Below, piece by piece: positions 26,713-37,500 of a stretch of DNA of 64,000 bases. The notes beneath the pieces were generated by a model. That model was not told where the DNA came from and did no database searches. It saw nothing but the letters and a program-made list of their open reading frames with translations. The position numbers and the translations under genes are program-made. Source of the stretch: a virus. The stretch's first letter is position 1. The number at the start of each line of letters is the position of its first letter. The DNA lies in IMG/VR virus record IMGVR_UViG_3300030328_003618, positions 6,738-70,737 of that record. One strand, given 5' to 3'.

Positions 26713-26769
26713 TTAATAACCTGTTTTTGGTGTTGTTTTTGGTTTTTTTGGTTTTTTCTTTTTTCCCAT
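26713..26769 (-). CDS. 18-aa Lys-rich peptide
   Basis: MGKKKKPKKPKTTPKTGY*; starts 4 nt after the previous stop. Confidence 0.4.
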   Translation of the reverse strand: MGKKKKPKKPKTTPKTGY

Positions 26770-26773
26770 AATA

Positions 26774-27130
26774 TTACTTTTTTCCTTTGTCGCACATTGC
26801 TTTCATATAACCTTCAATATTGGCAATACCTACTGTTATAGTGTTGACTTCTTTTTCAATATTACAAATCTTATTTTCTAGTTTTGTATAAGCTTCATCA
26901 CAATTTTGCTTATAAGAATCTATTTTCTTTTCTGAATCAGAAACATGTTCAACTAGTTTTTCTTTTAGTTCTTTGTTTAGTCTTGTGTTCATAGAAGTTT
27001 TGTTTTTTATATTATACCAAAAACCAACAAGCGATCCTACAAAAATAACTAATTGAGCAACTACCATAATCGGTAAATCAACATCTGTAACCGAAACATT
27101 ACTTGTAGCATTAAGTAAAAAAAAATTCAT
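26774..27130 (-). CDS. TM plus coiled-coil protein (holin- or lysis-related?)
   Basis: N-terminal TM followed by heptads. Confidence 0.55.
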   Translation of the reverse strand: MNFFLLNATSNVSVTDVDLPIMVVAQLVIFVGSLVGFWYNIKNKTSMNTRLNKELKEKLVEHVSDSEKKIDSYKQNCDEAYTKLENKICNIEKEVNTITVGIANIEGYMKAMCDKGKK

Positions 27131-27234
27131 TTCACTAGGTTTTTTTAAAAATAAGTTTTTTATACTATTATTACTAAATGAAATGTATTTATTATTTCTA
27201 CGTTAATAGTAATATATTGTTTTTAATCAGTCTT

Positions 27235-27900
27235 TTACATTATTGCAAAAAAGTCGCCTCCTGTTGTATCTACTGAGCTTCCTAGCCCTTTTATCTCTGT
27301 CCTATCTAAAGTTAAGTTACCACTAGAACTAGTAGCCCTTACATTAATAGTACCAGCACTATGACCAGCATTAGCACTAATTGCACCCGTTGCTACTTGT
27401 CTATTAACATTGTGGGTAGTAAAAGTTCTGTTAGTTCCTGTTGGTATCTGTTGAGTAAGAATAACATTTACACAGCATGAAGTAATCATAATTAATGAAT
27501 CCTCTTCTACTGTTATATCTCCACTATGAGGACTTGGCTGTCCTCCCGTTCTTTGTGATGCTCCTACTCCTCCTGAATCTGTAAAACTTCTAATATGAAC
27601 ACTAACACCATTCCAAACACTAGCACTAAAACTAAGCGTTAATGTATTGCTTCCAGTTGGAGGATTCTCTAAATAATAAAAAGCCATTTTTTGACCTAAA
27701 CCACCTCTATTAATTTGGTACAATTCAGTCATGGCTTGACCTCCATACGTAGCTCCTGTAAAATTTCTATTATTAGTCATAGAAAGTTGGACAACAATTA
27801 ATCCATCACTACCAGTATTTTGAGTATGAGTATAGTTTTTAGAACTAGCTCCAGGAGTAGCACTTGAGTTAGTTGTATTTCCTTTAGTAGGAGTTGCCAT
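27235..27900 (-). CDS. tail fibre-associated beta-rich protein
   Basis: T/S/G-rich; FYYLENPPTGSNTL; GGDFFAIM tail. Confidence 0.6.
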   Translation of the reverse strand: MATPTKGNTTNSSATPGASSKNYTHTQNTGSDGLIVVQLSMTNNRNFTGATYGGQAMTELYQINRGGLGQKMAFYYLENPPTGSNTLTLSFSASVWNGVSVHIRSFTDSGGVGASQRTGGQPSPHSGDITVEEDSLIMITSCCVNVILTQQIPTGTNRTFTTHNVNRQVATGAISANAGHSAGTINVRATSSSGNLTLDRTEIKGLGSSVDTTGGDFFAIM

Positions 27901-28182
27901 TTATAACTGATTTATATTAGTTACCTCTATTAAACCTAAATCTTCTGTATTATCAACTTGAGTTCTAGCTTCATGTACAAAAGGAAAATCAGCAAAAAAT
28001 GTACTAATACTAACAATACCTAATTCAATTTTTGTTTTGTTTTCTCCTATAAACTTACCTAGAGAAGAATCGTAATCTTCATTAATTTGATTAATGATAT
28101 TAACGTCTTCAGTATGACCTACATCGGTATATTTAAGGCTATCAGTTCCTTCTAATTCTATTTTAGAAATAATTGTTATCAT
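27901..28182 (-). CDS. hypothetical tail-region protein
   Basis: Packed ORF. Confidence 0.55.
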   Translation of the reverse strand: MITIISKIELEGTDSLKYTDVGHTEDVNIINQINEDYDSSLGKFIGENKTKIELGIVSISTFFADFPFVHEARTQVDNTEDLGLIEVTNINQL

Positions 28183-28183
28183 A

Positions 28184-28528
28184 TTATTCTTCTTCTACTA
28201 GTGCAACATTAGCAACGTCAATACCAAAAGTATCAGCAATAATCTTTCTTTGATCTTCTGCATAAGTAGCTATTGACCATGTTGGAACATCGCTAACTGG
28301 ATAAGTAAAGTTTTTTAACCTTTCTCCTTCCTTCTCTGCCTTGAAAAAATACTTTCCTTCGTTATATGCTTCAGAAGAAACATACACGTTGTATTCAACC
28401 TTTAACAGCCCATCGTTTACAACTCCTTTATCTGATACAGCAACCTTAATAATTGGATTTGTGAATGTAGTTCCAAAGTCTGCAACTAAATCTCCTGTAA
28501 TTTGATAATGTATTTTATTCTTAATCAT
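28184..28528 (-). CDS. hypothetical tail-region protein
   Basis: Packed ORF; likely start MIKNK. Confidence 0.55.
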   Translation of the reverse strand: MIKNKIHYQITGDLVADFGTTFTNPIIKVAVSDKGVVNDGLLKVEYNVYVSSEAYNEGKYFFKAEKEGERLKNFTYPVSDVPTWSIATYAEDQRKIIADTFGIDVANVALVEEE

Positions 28529-28547
28529 CTCTTTTATATTTATATAT

Positions 28548-29687
28548 TTATGCTTCTTGTTGTACTGCAATTACATCCCACTTAGTATCTGTTGAATTAT
28601 ATTTACATCCTACGTATGTGAGTTTGTTTGCTACTGTTGTTGTTGGTAATGTTACTCCTATTGCTCTGAAAATAGCATTCCATGTTAATGTTCTTGCGGT
28701 TCCATCGTCCTTAAATCTAAATACTAAATCTTGGCTTTGTACTGGTGTTCCTGTTGGCGCTGCTAAAGTTGTGTTAGCTGACATAGCCGTTAAAACTCCA
28801 TCAGTTTCCTCATCAGCATTAATTGTAAACGTTGCCGAGTTGGTAGCTTCTTGGACACTTGGAAGTAATAAGGCATCTTCTATTTTAGCCCCGTTATACC
28901 CTTTCATTGTGCCATTATCTAACCATTCCCAAGTTTTATTTGGTGTTGTGTCATTGTCATATAAAGCTAATGTTATGCCCGTAGTTGTGCCTGCTCCTTT
29001 TATTGCAGTGCGGTCTTGTAGACTTATTTTTTCGCCATCTATGTCATCTCCTCCTCCGACGTTAAAGCCTCGTCCAGTAACTCCCTCAATAAAAAAACAA
29101 GCTTGAGCTGCACCATCCCCGTTTCTTATCCAATGACTTTTTACATTGTTTTTAGTCATTATCCATTGTTGATAAACATTGGTAACGGTTTGCTCTATTC
29201 TGTCCGTAATATCGCTATTTGTTGCTAGGTGTCTAAATTGTTGTGTTGCAATGTCTGAAACGTTATTTGCAAGCGTTAAGCCTTGCGTTCCTGCTCGATT
29301 TTCTATTTTAGCTATTGCGGTTGTATAGTCTGAGGTCGAAATAAAGTAACCTCTTGAATTTAGATTAAAAACTTCATTTCCACTTAATCCTAAAACCTTA
29401 AAAATGGCAGGTGCAGCAGTTCCCGTACTAAAAACGTTTCGAGAATCTAAAACAATACCAACGGGCGCTGTTGTTGTTGTTGTTCCCGCGTCAAATGTTA
29501 AAACTTTAGTGTCTAAGCTAACTGTTCTATCTGATGTTACTGTATCATCAGCAGTATAAATGGTATCACCACCACTACTAGCATTTCCTAGCTGACTTGC
29601 AGGAACTTGACCTGAATTATCAAGTGTAGCAACACCATTATTAGCACCTTTTTCACTTGTTGTTATGTAATCTCCTATCTTTCTCAT
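28548..29687 (-). CDS. tail fibre protein
   Basis: KGANNGVATLDNSGQVPASQL repeat; C-terminal DDGTARTLTWNAIFR...KWDVIAV domain. Confidence 0.8.
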   Translation of the reverse strand: MRKIGDYITTSEKGANNGVATLDNSGQVPASQLGNASSGGDTIYTADDTVTSDRTVSLDTKVLTFDAGTTTTTAPVGIVLDSRNVFSTGTAAPAIFKVLGLSGNEVFNLNSRGYFISTSDYTTAIAKIENRAGTQGLTLANNVSDIATQQFRHLATNSDITDRIEQTVTNVYQQWIMTKNNVKSHWIRNGDGAAQACFFIEGVTGRGFNVGGGDDIDGEKISLQDRTAIKGAGTTTGITLALYDNDTTPNKTWEWLDNGTMKGYNGAKIEDALLLPSVQEATNSATFTINADEETDGVLTAMSANTTLAAPTGTPVQSQDLVFRFKDDGTARTLTWNAIFRAIGVTLPTTTVANKLTYVGCKYNSTDTKWDVIAVQQEA

Positions 29688-29696
29688 AATTTATTT

Positions 29697-30059
29697 TTAT
29701 GATGTTTCAGTTATTCTAGCATTTCCATTTACAGAAGCCCAAACACCATGCAAAATACCGTTGTATTTGTCAACAATAAGAGATTCGTTAGGACTTAAAC
29801 TAATAGTATAATCAGAAGTAGTAGCACCAGTACCTAATTTAATATACAAAATAGCTGTACTATCGTTTGTAATAACAGCTTCTACTCTATTTGCATTAGC
29901 AGCTAATAGTTGAACAGAAGTTGCACTAGAAGCAACGCTAGACGTTACAGAAGAACTTGCAGAACCTCCCCCACCAGATACACTAATAAGGTTTGATACT
30001 AATCGATTGTTTTCTTGAACTAAAAACTCTAATGGAGTTCTTGGGGTTAAATTTCCCAT
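29697..30059 (-). CDS. virion structural protein
   Basis: LLAANANR...NDSTAILYIKLG...G.W...NGNARITE pattern. Confidence 0.6.
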   Translation of the reverse strand: MGNLTPRTPLEFLVQENNRLVSNLISVSGGGGSASSSVTSSVASSATSVQLLAANANRVEAVITNDSTAILYIKLGTGATTSDYTISLSPNESLIVDKYNGILHGVWASVNGNARITETS

Positions 30060-30065
30060 AGCAAT

Positions 30066-30884
30066 TTATTTAAGTTTAATTATACCGTAATTGCCATTGG
30101 ATAAATTTCGTTTTCTTTTACAAAGTTCATAACCTTCTCGGCTACCTTCGTCATTTGTATTACCTTCTATACAAGAGGCAACACTTTCTTCTACCTTTTC
30201 TATAACACCAATGTGCCTTGCTCGGTTATCAGACTTTCTAATAACCAAAAATAAATCCCCTAATTCGGGAACTACCTCTCCTTTCTTTAACTCTTCGGGA
30301 GAGTAATATGTTGCAGTAGTGCTATCTTTTATAGCGTACTGTTTTGTTTCTTCACACGACCAAGACCACTTCATAATGTCTTTCATATCTATTCCTAAAG
30401 AAGCGCATGAATGATCTAATGCAGTCGATACAACACCATTACACCAAGCAGCCCATTCTCCTTCATTACCTTTCATAAACGCTCTTACCCAAGGTCCAGA
30501 ATTAGGATGAATTTCTGTAGGATGCTCTTCGCAAAATTGTTGCATATATTGAACAAGCCTTTGTTTAACATCAATCTCTCCTTCAACTTCTCTAAATGCC
30601 CTTCTCATAGGAGCTACTAAACGTAGCCAAGTAGTTGTATCTACTTGACCAGTTTGTTCAATGTTTTTTAACGATTGAAATTCTTTTACAGCAGAAGCAG
30701 TTGCTTTGCCATACCAATCGTCTATATCAACACGAGTGCTAAATTTAGGAGAATGATACCTATGTAGGTTTAACCATTCTTGAACTTTTTTAGCCCAACC
30801 ATCTTTTTTAGTTCCAACCTCTATAATGTCTTTAGGAGGTTTTAACTCGGCTAAGTAATCAGTTCTATTTAACAACTCTTCCAT
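30066..30884 (-). CDS. endolysin: peptidoglycan-binding plus CHAP domain
   Basis: IDDWYGKATASAVKEFQ...TGQVDTTTW; AWC...HIGVI...IEGNTN. Confidence 0.9.
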   Translation of the reverse strand: MEELLNRTDYLAELKPPKDIIEVGTKKDGWAKKVQEWLNLHRYHSPKFSTRVDIDDWYGKATASAVKEFQSLKNIEQTGQVDTTTWLRLVAPMRRAFREVEGEIDVKQRLVQYMQQFCEEHPTEIHPNSGPWVRAFMKGNEGEWAAWCNGVVSTALDHSCASLGIDMKDIMKWSWSCEETKQYAIKDSTTATYYSPEELKKGEVVPELGDLFLVIRKSDNRARHIGVIEKVEESVASCIEGNTNDEGSREGYELCKRKRNLSNGNYGIIKLK

Positions 30885-30886
30885 TT

Positions 30887-31348
30887 TTACTTTGATAGAA
30901 AGTCTACTAAAATAGTAAAACTTCTATTTTTTTGAGGATTAATACTCAATGCTTCAAAAGCAGACTTGTCTACTTTATGTAAATCTAAATCTTCAATAGG
31001 AGCATTTAAATATTTAGTCATTTCACTTTGATATTTTTGCTCTTCGTCTTCTCCTTTAAAAACAAATCTGTTAGGATTTCCATTTGCTTCTTCTTCAGAA
31101 ATAAGTTTAACAGAACCATCTTCGTTCTTTTCAACAAACTCATCTAAAAGCTCCATTTGTTTCCTTCTGTAACTATTAGCAATAGACTCAAATTTAGCTT
31201 CGTTTTTACCTAAAGCGTAAAGCATTTTACCACTTACCGTTGGCGTTGAATTTAATAAATCAACTACTGCTCTTCCTAAAATTAAAACAATTTCGTTTGT
31301 AATCTGTTGCTCTTCTTGCACTTCTTGTGCCTCTGCAATTACTTCCAT
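30887..31348 (-). CDS. acidic hypothetical protein
   Basis: ORF track, 153 aa. Confidence 0.65.
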   Translation of the reverse strand: MEVIAEAQEVQEEQQITNEIVLILGRAVVDLLNSTPTVSGKMLYALGKNEAKFESIANSYRRKQMELLDEFVEKNEDGSVKLISEEEANGNPNRFVFKGEDEEQKYQSEMTKYLNAPIEDLDLHKVDKSAFEALSINPQKNRSFTILVDFLSK

Positions 31349-31403
31349 TTTCTTTTTCTTTTAAATTAAAAATTAACTATTCACTAAAATAGTGAAAAAA
31401 ACA

Positions 31404-32114
31404 TTATGGTCTAACATGCTCCATACTAACATATGATAGTTCAAAAACATCTGAAGCGTCTTCTCTTAAAGCTGTAAAATCAATAACTAATTCGTGTGAT
31501 GATAAATCAGCCATTGCTACATTATTACTACTTATATTAAAAGGAAAATAATCTAACCTACTTTTTGCGTAAATATTAAAATGCAATATAGTATTACTTA
31601 CTTTTGTAATTTCTACATTAATCCAAAATTGATCTAAAACAGTATTTCCAGCAGAAACATTCCAAATTAAAAAATTAGTTGGAGTAGTGTAAATTCCTGC
31701 AGAATCTTTACCATAAACTCTAGCGTCAATATCTAATTTACCAGTTGTAGCTACAGTGCTCATTTTACCTGTATAAACAACTCTTATCATTTCGTTGTTT
31801 TTAAGATTGTTAATACCAGTAAACTCAACTAAATTTAAAGTTTGCCTAACATTTATTGCGTTTGTTAAAGCGTGGTCTCTACTAGTGTGAGCTAAATAAC
31901 TTTGAGGTTTAGAAACAACACACAATTTATCTAATATTTTTTGCAAAACAGTATTAAAGCTATCATCTGTTGCTACATCAATTGAACTGTCAATAGAACA
32001 AGATTTACTAGGACCATCGTATTTTAGATTTCCAGTTACTTGTGCATTTTTTGCATTGCTATCTAAATTATCTGTGCAATTACCATCTGAACTGCCACAT
32101 CCACAATCACTCAT
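31404..32114 (-). CDS. putative tail structural protein with Cys-rich N-terminus
   Basis: MSDCGCGS...; tail-module context. Confidence 0.6.
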   Translation of the reverse strand: MSDCGCGSSDGNCTDNLDSNAKNAQVTGNLKYDGPSKSCSIDSSIDVATDDSFNTVLQKILDKLCVVSKPQSYLAHTSRDHALTNAINVRQTLNLVEFTGINNLKNNEMIRVVYTGKMSTVATTGKLDIDARVYGKDSAGIYTTPTNFLIWNVSAGNTVLDQFWINVEITKVSNTILHFNIYAKSRLDYFPFNISSNNVAMADLSSHELVIDFTALREDASDVFELSYVSMEHVRP

Positions 32115-32118
32115 ATTT

Positions 32119-33588
32119 TTATATTTTTGAAGTTATACATCTAAGTTTTTCTATTTCATCACAAGTTAAGCAGTCAAAAGTTGTTATCCAAAGCAACGCT
32201 TCAAGTAATTCAGAATCTTTAAACATTCCACTATAATGTCTACCTACTATTGCTCTATTTGTAGCTTCACAACTCTTCTTAGCTAACTTAGTATTTATTT
32301 CACACTTTAGTTCATCTAAACAACAATCCTCAGTTGTAGGCTCTGTAACTACTGGATACGCAGTAACAGGATTTACATTAAGAACTACTGATGAAGTACC
32401 ACCATTACTCCCACCACCTCCTAACGTAACTGGTATGTTTATATCAACTTCATCATTAGATAAAGGTTTAAATTTTTGGTTTAAATTAATAGGCGCATAA
32501 TGTTTTCCACTAATAGTAGAAGCGTATGTTTGGTGCGAAGCATCCATTGGATCTGTTAATGCTCCACTATAATTTTCAAATAAATATTTTTCGTAAGTTA
32601 AATTTTTAGTTAAATCAGTATTAAAAGAAATCGTATACCAAGCACCACTATTAAAAGCTGTTATTTTGCAATTTACAATTATAGTTTTACCTACATATAA
32701 AAAAACAAAATAATCTATATCTCCTAGGTTAACAACAGTATAAACAGTAGCAGGCGTTGATAAATCAAACTTTGTTAATTTAACATCGTCTCCATCAACA
32801 TAAGCATAATATCCTATTTGACTTCCTTCTTCAATCATCAAGCCTAATATATCTGTTCCTTTTGTTATTATAGTTGTTGCTACTCCCGTTGTTGGGTTTA
32901 CTTTAATGATATTATTATCTTCAGAATAATAATACATATCATCATGTGTACTATGAGTTAAAAACTTAACTGCATTTCCAGAAGTTTGATTTAAATAATT
33001 ACGAGCTAATTGATTAGTTAAACCACCACCTTCGTTTGTAACTTCTCCTTCTAAATCTAATTGCGTTATCCATTTACCAACAACACCATCAAATCTACTA
33101 CCAGAAGTTATAATATAATTTCTTTTATAATCATAACACATAGAAGAGTTTGGGTCGCTAAAAAAATATCCTCTTGGCGTAGGATTATAATCACTATCGT
33201 ATTCCCCAGTACCAGCGCCTATAATGTAGTATGTGTTTAATTTTTTTGAATAAATCCAACCCCAACCAATTCCTCCAAAAATTTTAGGATGACCTGATAT
33301 TTGTTTTTTAAAAACCCATTTGTTTGTACTATCTACTTCTAAAAGTTTGTTAGAGCCACCACCTATACCCTGAATCATTTGGTAAGAATCTTTTTTTTCA
33401 TCCCACCAAACAGTTCCCCAACCTAAACCTACATTGTTATCAGATTCTTGAAGAACTAATTCTTTATGCCTGTATTTGTTTCCATCAGTATAAGTATTAA
33501 TAATAGCATAAAATCTATTAATTAATTCTTGTCTCTTTGCAGCGAAATTATTTATAGAATTATTTAAAGTAATAGCGTAAGTTCCCAT
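32119..33588 (-). CDS. putative tail protein (beta-propeller-like, Cys-rich C-terminus)
   Basis: Aromatic/Gly-rich beta repeats; EDCCLDELKC...DCLTC. Confidence 0.6.
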   Translation of the reverse strand: MGTYAITLNNSINNFAAKRQELINRFYAIINTYTDGNKYRHKELVLQESDNNVGLGWGTVWWDEKKDSYQMIQGIGGGSNKLLEVDSTNKWVFKKQISGHPKIFGGIGWGWIYSKKLNTYYIIGAGTGEYDSDYNPTPRGYFFSDPNSSMCYDYKRNYIITSGSRFDGVVGKWITQLDLEGEVTNEGGGLTNQLARNYLNQTSGNAVKFLTHSTHDDMYYYSEDNNIIKVNPTTGVATTIITKGTDILGLMIEEGSQIGYYAYVDGDDVKLTKFDLSTPATVYTVVNLGDIDYFVFLYVGKTIIVNCKITAFNSGAWYTISFNTDLTKNLTYEKYLFENYSGALTDPMDASHQTYASTISGKHYAPINLNQKFKPLSNDEVDINIPVTLGGGGSNGGTSSVVLNVNPVTAYPVVTEPTTEDCCLDELKCEINTKLAKKSCEATNRAIVGRHYSGMFKDSELLEALLWITTFDCLTCDEIEKLRCITSKI

Positions 33589-33589
33589 A

Positions 33590-34501
33590 TTAACAATCTA
33601 AACAAATATTAGTACATATCTTATTAGCAGACTTAATTGTTTTATTAGCACAATCGCTTAAACCTTTTTCTAGTTGAGCTTTAGCTTGCTCTAATTTAGA
33701 TTTAATTAATAATACTTTTTCTGCTAATTCATCATGGCAGTCAGAACAACAATCGTCTCCTAACTTAATTATAGCGTCTTTAACACACTTTTGCACATTA
33801 CAATCAAACAATACACATTTTTGCTTTCTAGCTACTTCTACGTTTGATTTATTATATACAATATAAGTAAATTCATATACACCATCTTGAAAATCTGGAC
33901 CACTATTACCAGTAGGAGGTGTGTTAGTTCCGTATAAATCAGTAATTTCAAACTCTACAGAGTTGTCAGTTCCTACCCCATAAGCTGTAGGGTCATCAAC
34001 CATAGTTACAGTTAAGTTACCACTTAAACCTACGTTTACATCTAATCCATTATACGTAGTTCCTGGGTTTTTAGATATAACTTTAACAGTATCAGCATTA
34101 ACTTTTTCCATGTACCAACCAGAAGTTTGACATTTTCCATTAGCTGTATTTACTAAGTTGTCAACTACTGTTTCTATGTTAGTGAAAAAATAGGAATTAG
34201 AAACGTCTACTCCATTAACATCTACAACAATAACTCCTTCATTACCACCAGTTATTTGAAACTGTCCATAGGCTTTTGTAGCTGGCACAAAGTCTTTTAT
34301 ATTAATATCGTTATACATTGTTCCATCAGGAAACTTAACATTAAATCTAGTTTTACCAATATCGTATTTGGTAATGTTACTTCCTATACCATATCCATCA
34401 GTACACGCTACTGTTTCGCATGGTTCAGTTTCACAAGTTATGTCAGATAGCTTATACTTACTACAACATGTTACTGTACTTATACTAAAATCTAATTTCA
34501 T
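33590..34501 (-). CDS. putative tail hub or structural protein
   Basis: FQDGVYEFTY motif; Cys-rich ends. Confidence 0.6.
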   Translation of the reverse strand: MKLDFSISTVTCCSKYKLSDITCETEPCETVACTDGYGIGSNITKYDIGKTRFNVKFPDGTMYNDINIKDFVPATKAYGQFQITGGNEGVIVVDVNGVDVSNSYFFTNIETVVDNLVNTANGKCQTSGWYMEKVNADTVKVISKNPGTTYNGLDVNVGLSGNLTVTMVDDPTAYGVGTDNSVEFEITDLYGTNTPPTGNSGPDFQDGVYEFTYIVYNKSNVEVARKQKCVLFDCNVQKCVKDAIIKLGDDCCSDCHDELAEKVLLIKSKLEQAKAQLEKGLSDCANKTIKSANKICTNICLDC

Positions 34502-34503
34502 TT

Positions 34504-37500
34504 TTAATCATTTACTCGTTTAACAATATTTTTAACAACAACATAAGGATATAATGGTGTTCCTGTAAATTTAAAACTTCCTTCAATAATATCTGTTGCA
34601 GCTTTTCCAAAATTACCTTTAGCAGTATTTACTATAACATCTAAAACATCTTGAGTCATAGCTTCAGCAGGCATTTGTATTTGCCTTCTCCAAGGTTCGT
34701 CATCTAAATTAGAAGCAACATAATCACTAAATGTTCCTAAACCATAAAAGTTACCAGTTACGGTGCTTAACGTTTTCCAACCAGCAAACTTTAAAGCTTC
34801 TTCAGGATCATCAAAACTACTACCTAATGTAAATGTTTTTAAAATATCAACAGCAACAATAGCGGCAGCAGATAAAACAGTAATATTTGCAAACCTTTTT
34901 AAAAGCTTTTGTGCGTTATCTTTACTCTTATCACTATTTTGGTAGTCTATAACCCCTTCAATTAATAACATTGATAATTTACTACGTGCACTACCAAACA
35001 TAGTAAAAAATCTTGCAAATACATTTTTATCACTAGCTAAAGCAGTTCTGTTATTTAAATCAAAAGTTGGTTGAGTTTTATTTACAATCTCTTCCGTTCT
35101 TCTAGCTACGTGCTCAAAATACTCTTGTTCATTTTTATTTTTGCTAACCATTAAAGTTCCATCTTTATTAGCGTAAGGTCCGTTTTTATCTTGTGCTTCA
35201 AGTTCTACAGCTTTCCATATAGAAGTAACAGTCGCAATATCAAAAGCTTTAATACCAGAAAGCATAGCATTTTTAGAAAATTCAAGGTCTTCTTCTTTAG
35301 ATGACCCAAATATTTTACGTAAGTTTTTTGTAAAAGGTATTCTAACACTATCTTCTGCTATACGAGAGTCTTGTAAAGCTTCTCCCAACTCCCTACTTAT
35401 TGCACCTAAAAATCTTTCTTTTAAAATTGGAGAATATTTTAAAATACTAGCATAAGTAGCATCGCTTTTATCCATGTTCCATTCAGCAGGAAATATCGAT
35501 TTATTACTACCTATTTTTTTTCTTTTTAATTGCTTATATATTTCTTTAGGATTAATACCAGCAATCATTCCAACACCCCATCCCGCTTCTTTTAAATATT
35601 GATTATCAATTACTTCAGCAGCAGCTAAATAAGATATTGGTTGTTTAAAATAAACAGGCAAAGATAAAGCTAACACTGATGAACTAAAGTTAGCCATCAT
35701 TTTGTTTATATAGTTTGTAATTTTCTTTTCTCCTTTAGAACTATATAGATTACTACTATCTGTTAATCTATTTACGTTACCTTGCAACGCATCAATTAAA
35801 TCTATTATTTGTTTGTAGTCTTTTCTTGATTTATCTTTTTTATATTCTTTTCTAAGTTTAGATAAAATCTTATTTGCGTTTTTAATAGATAAGTTATATC
35901 CAGCGTAATAACCAACATTATCAATATACTTATTAAGAACTTCGTATGCATCACTAATTCTAATAGCGGCTTTTTCATTTCCTTTTTTAGAATATCTACT
36001 ACTTAAAAAATCAACATTTCTTTTTTGTTGACGTTCTATCTCTCTATCTGCAACACCATAACTTGTAGGAAAATAATTAGATTCTAGTGGTAAAGGAACA
36101 CCCGTTTCTGCAATATGAGCTTTATTAAGTTCTATACCCATATCTTTAAGTGCTTGGTCAATTTGACTTACAACTTCAACAAGTCTTTTATTATTTTTAA
36201 TTATATTATTAATATTAATTTCTTGTTCGCTAGTTAAATACATGGCTTTTTGCTCTTCTCCTTTGTTTGAAGGTAATACCCTACCTTCAATAACATCTTG
36301 TAAAACGAACCCTGTTCTTTTCTCAGGATTACCACCTGACATTTTTTCTCTATTTTTTTCCATTCTAAGATTTAGAAAAATAGACAACAATTCGGATTCA
36401 GTAACTTTTACTTTACGACCTTCTTTATTAACTTCTATTTCATAAGTTTCAATTTGGTCTATATTTTTATTTTTATTCCAAAAATATGAACCATCAATAT
36501 TTTCTATAATATTTGTAATTTCTGCAAAATGATCTCTAGCTTTTCCTTGAACTCTCAAACTTCTATCTCTAGCAGTGTTAAATTCATCATATAGCATTTT
36601 TTGTAAAGCACTATCTGATTGACCACTTAAAAATTTAGAATGAAGCCTAGCGTTACTTGAAATGTTAGTTAAGTATTTTGATATAATTTCAACTAGCCTA
36701 TTTAAGACTTTATTATCTTTAAAAACCCCCTTGTTAAACCAATAATTATTTCTTTTTTTAGAAGCATCTTCAATTTCTTTTTCAAGAACTTTAAAAGCGT
36801 CTTCAATTGTAATATGACTATTGCCAGGTAGAATTAAATTTAAATTATCTAGGTTTACTTTTTTAATTCTTTTCTTTATCTCTATAAATTTATTAGCTAA
36901 TTCAGTTCCTTTTTCAACAACTGTTTTTCTTTCTCTTTCTGTAGGAGTTCCAAACAATCTTTCCCAAGGATAATTTTTAACTTCTTTTTCTCCTTGTGCT
37001 AATTCAGATAAATAAAATAAAGAATATAAAGTAATTGGATTACTAAGGTTGTTTTCACCACTCTTTAATATTTTGTCAAAATCTTTTAAATCTTCTATCT
37101 CGTCAAGACCTACTACATTTTTATAATCATTTTTAGAGTCTACATCAATCTCTTTTAATTCGTTTACACTTTCTCTATAAGCATCTTTTAAGATAGTTAT
37201 ATGCTCGTTTAAATCATTTATAGAATAGTTTTCTTTATCGTTACTTCTTTCTAATAAAAAATTTATTTTTAGTTTTCCAGTTAAATCTAAAAAGCTTTCT
37301 TCTAAAACAGTATTTTGCTTTAACTCACCTTTATTATTTATTATTTCATCTTTTTGAATATTATAACTTTTACGAACTAAATCTTCTAATTTTGAATCTT
37401 CGGTATAAGATGTTGATGACCTTTTAAATGGCGCTTTCTGATAGCTTATAATATCTGTTCCTTGTGTTATATCCCTAGATAACGTTTTGTTTTCTCTAAA

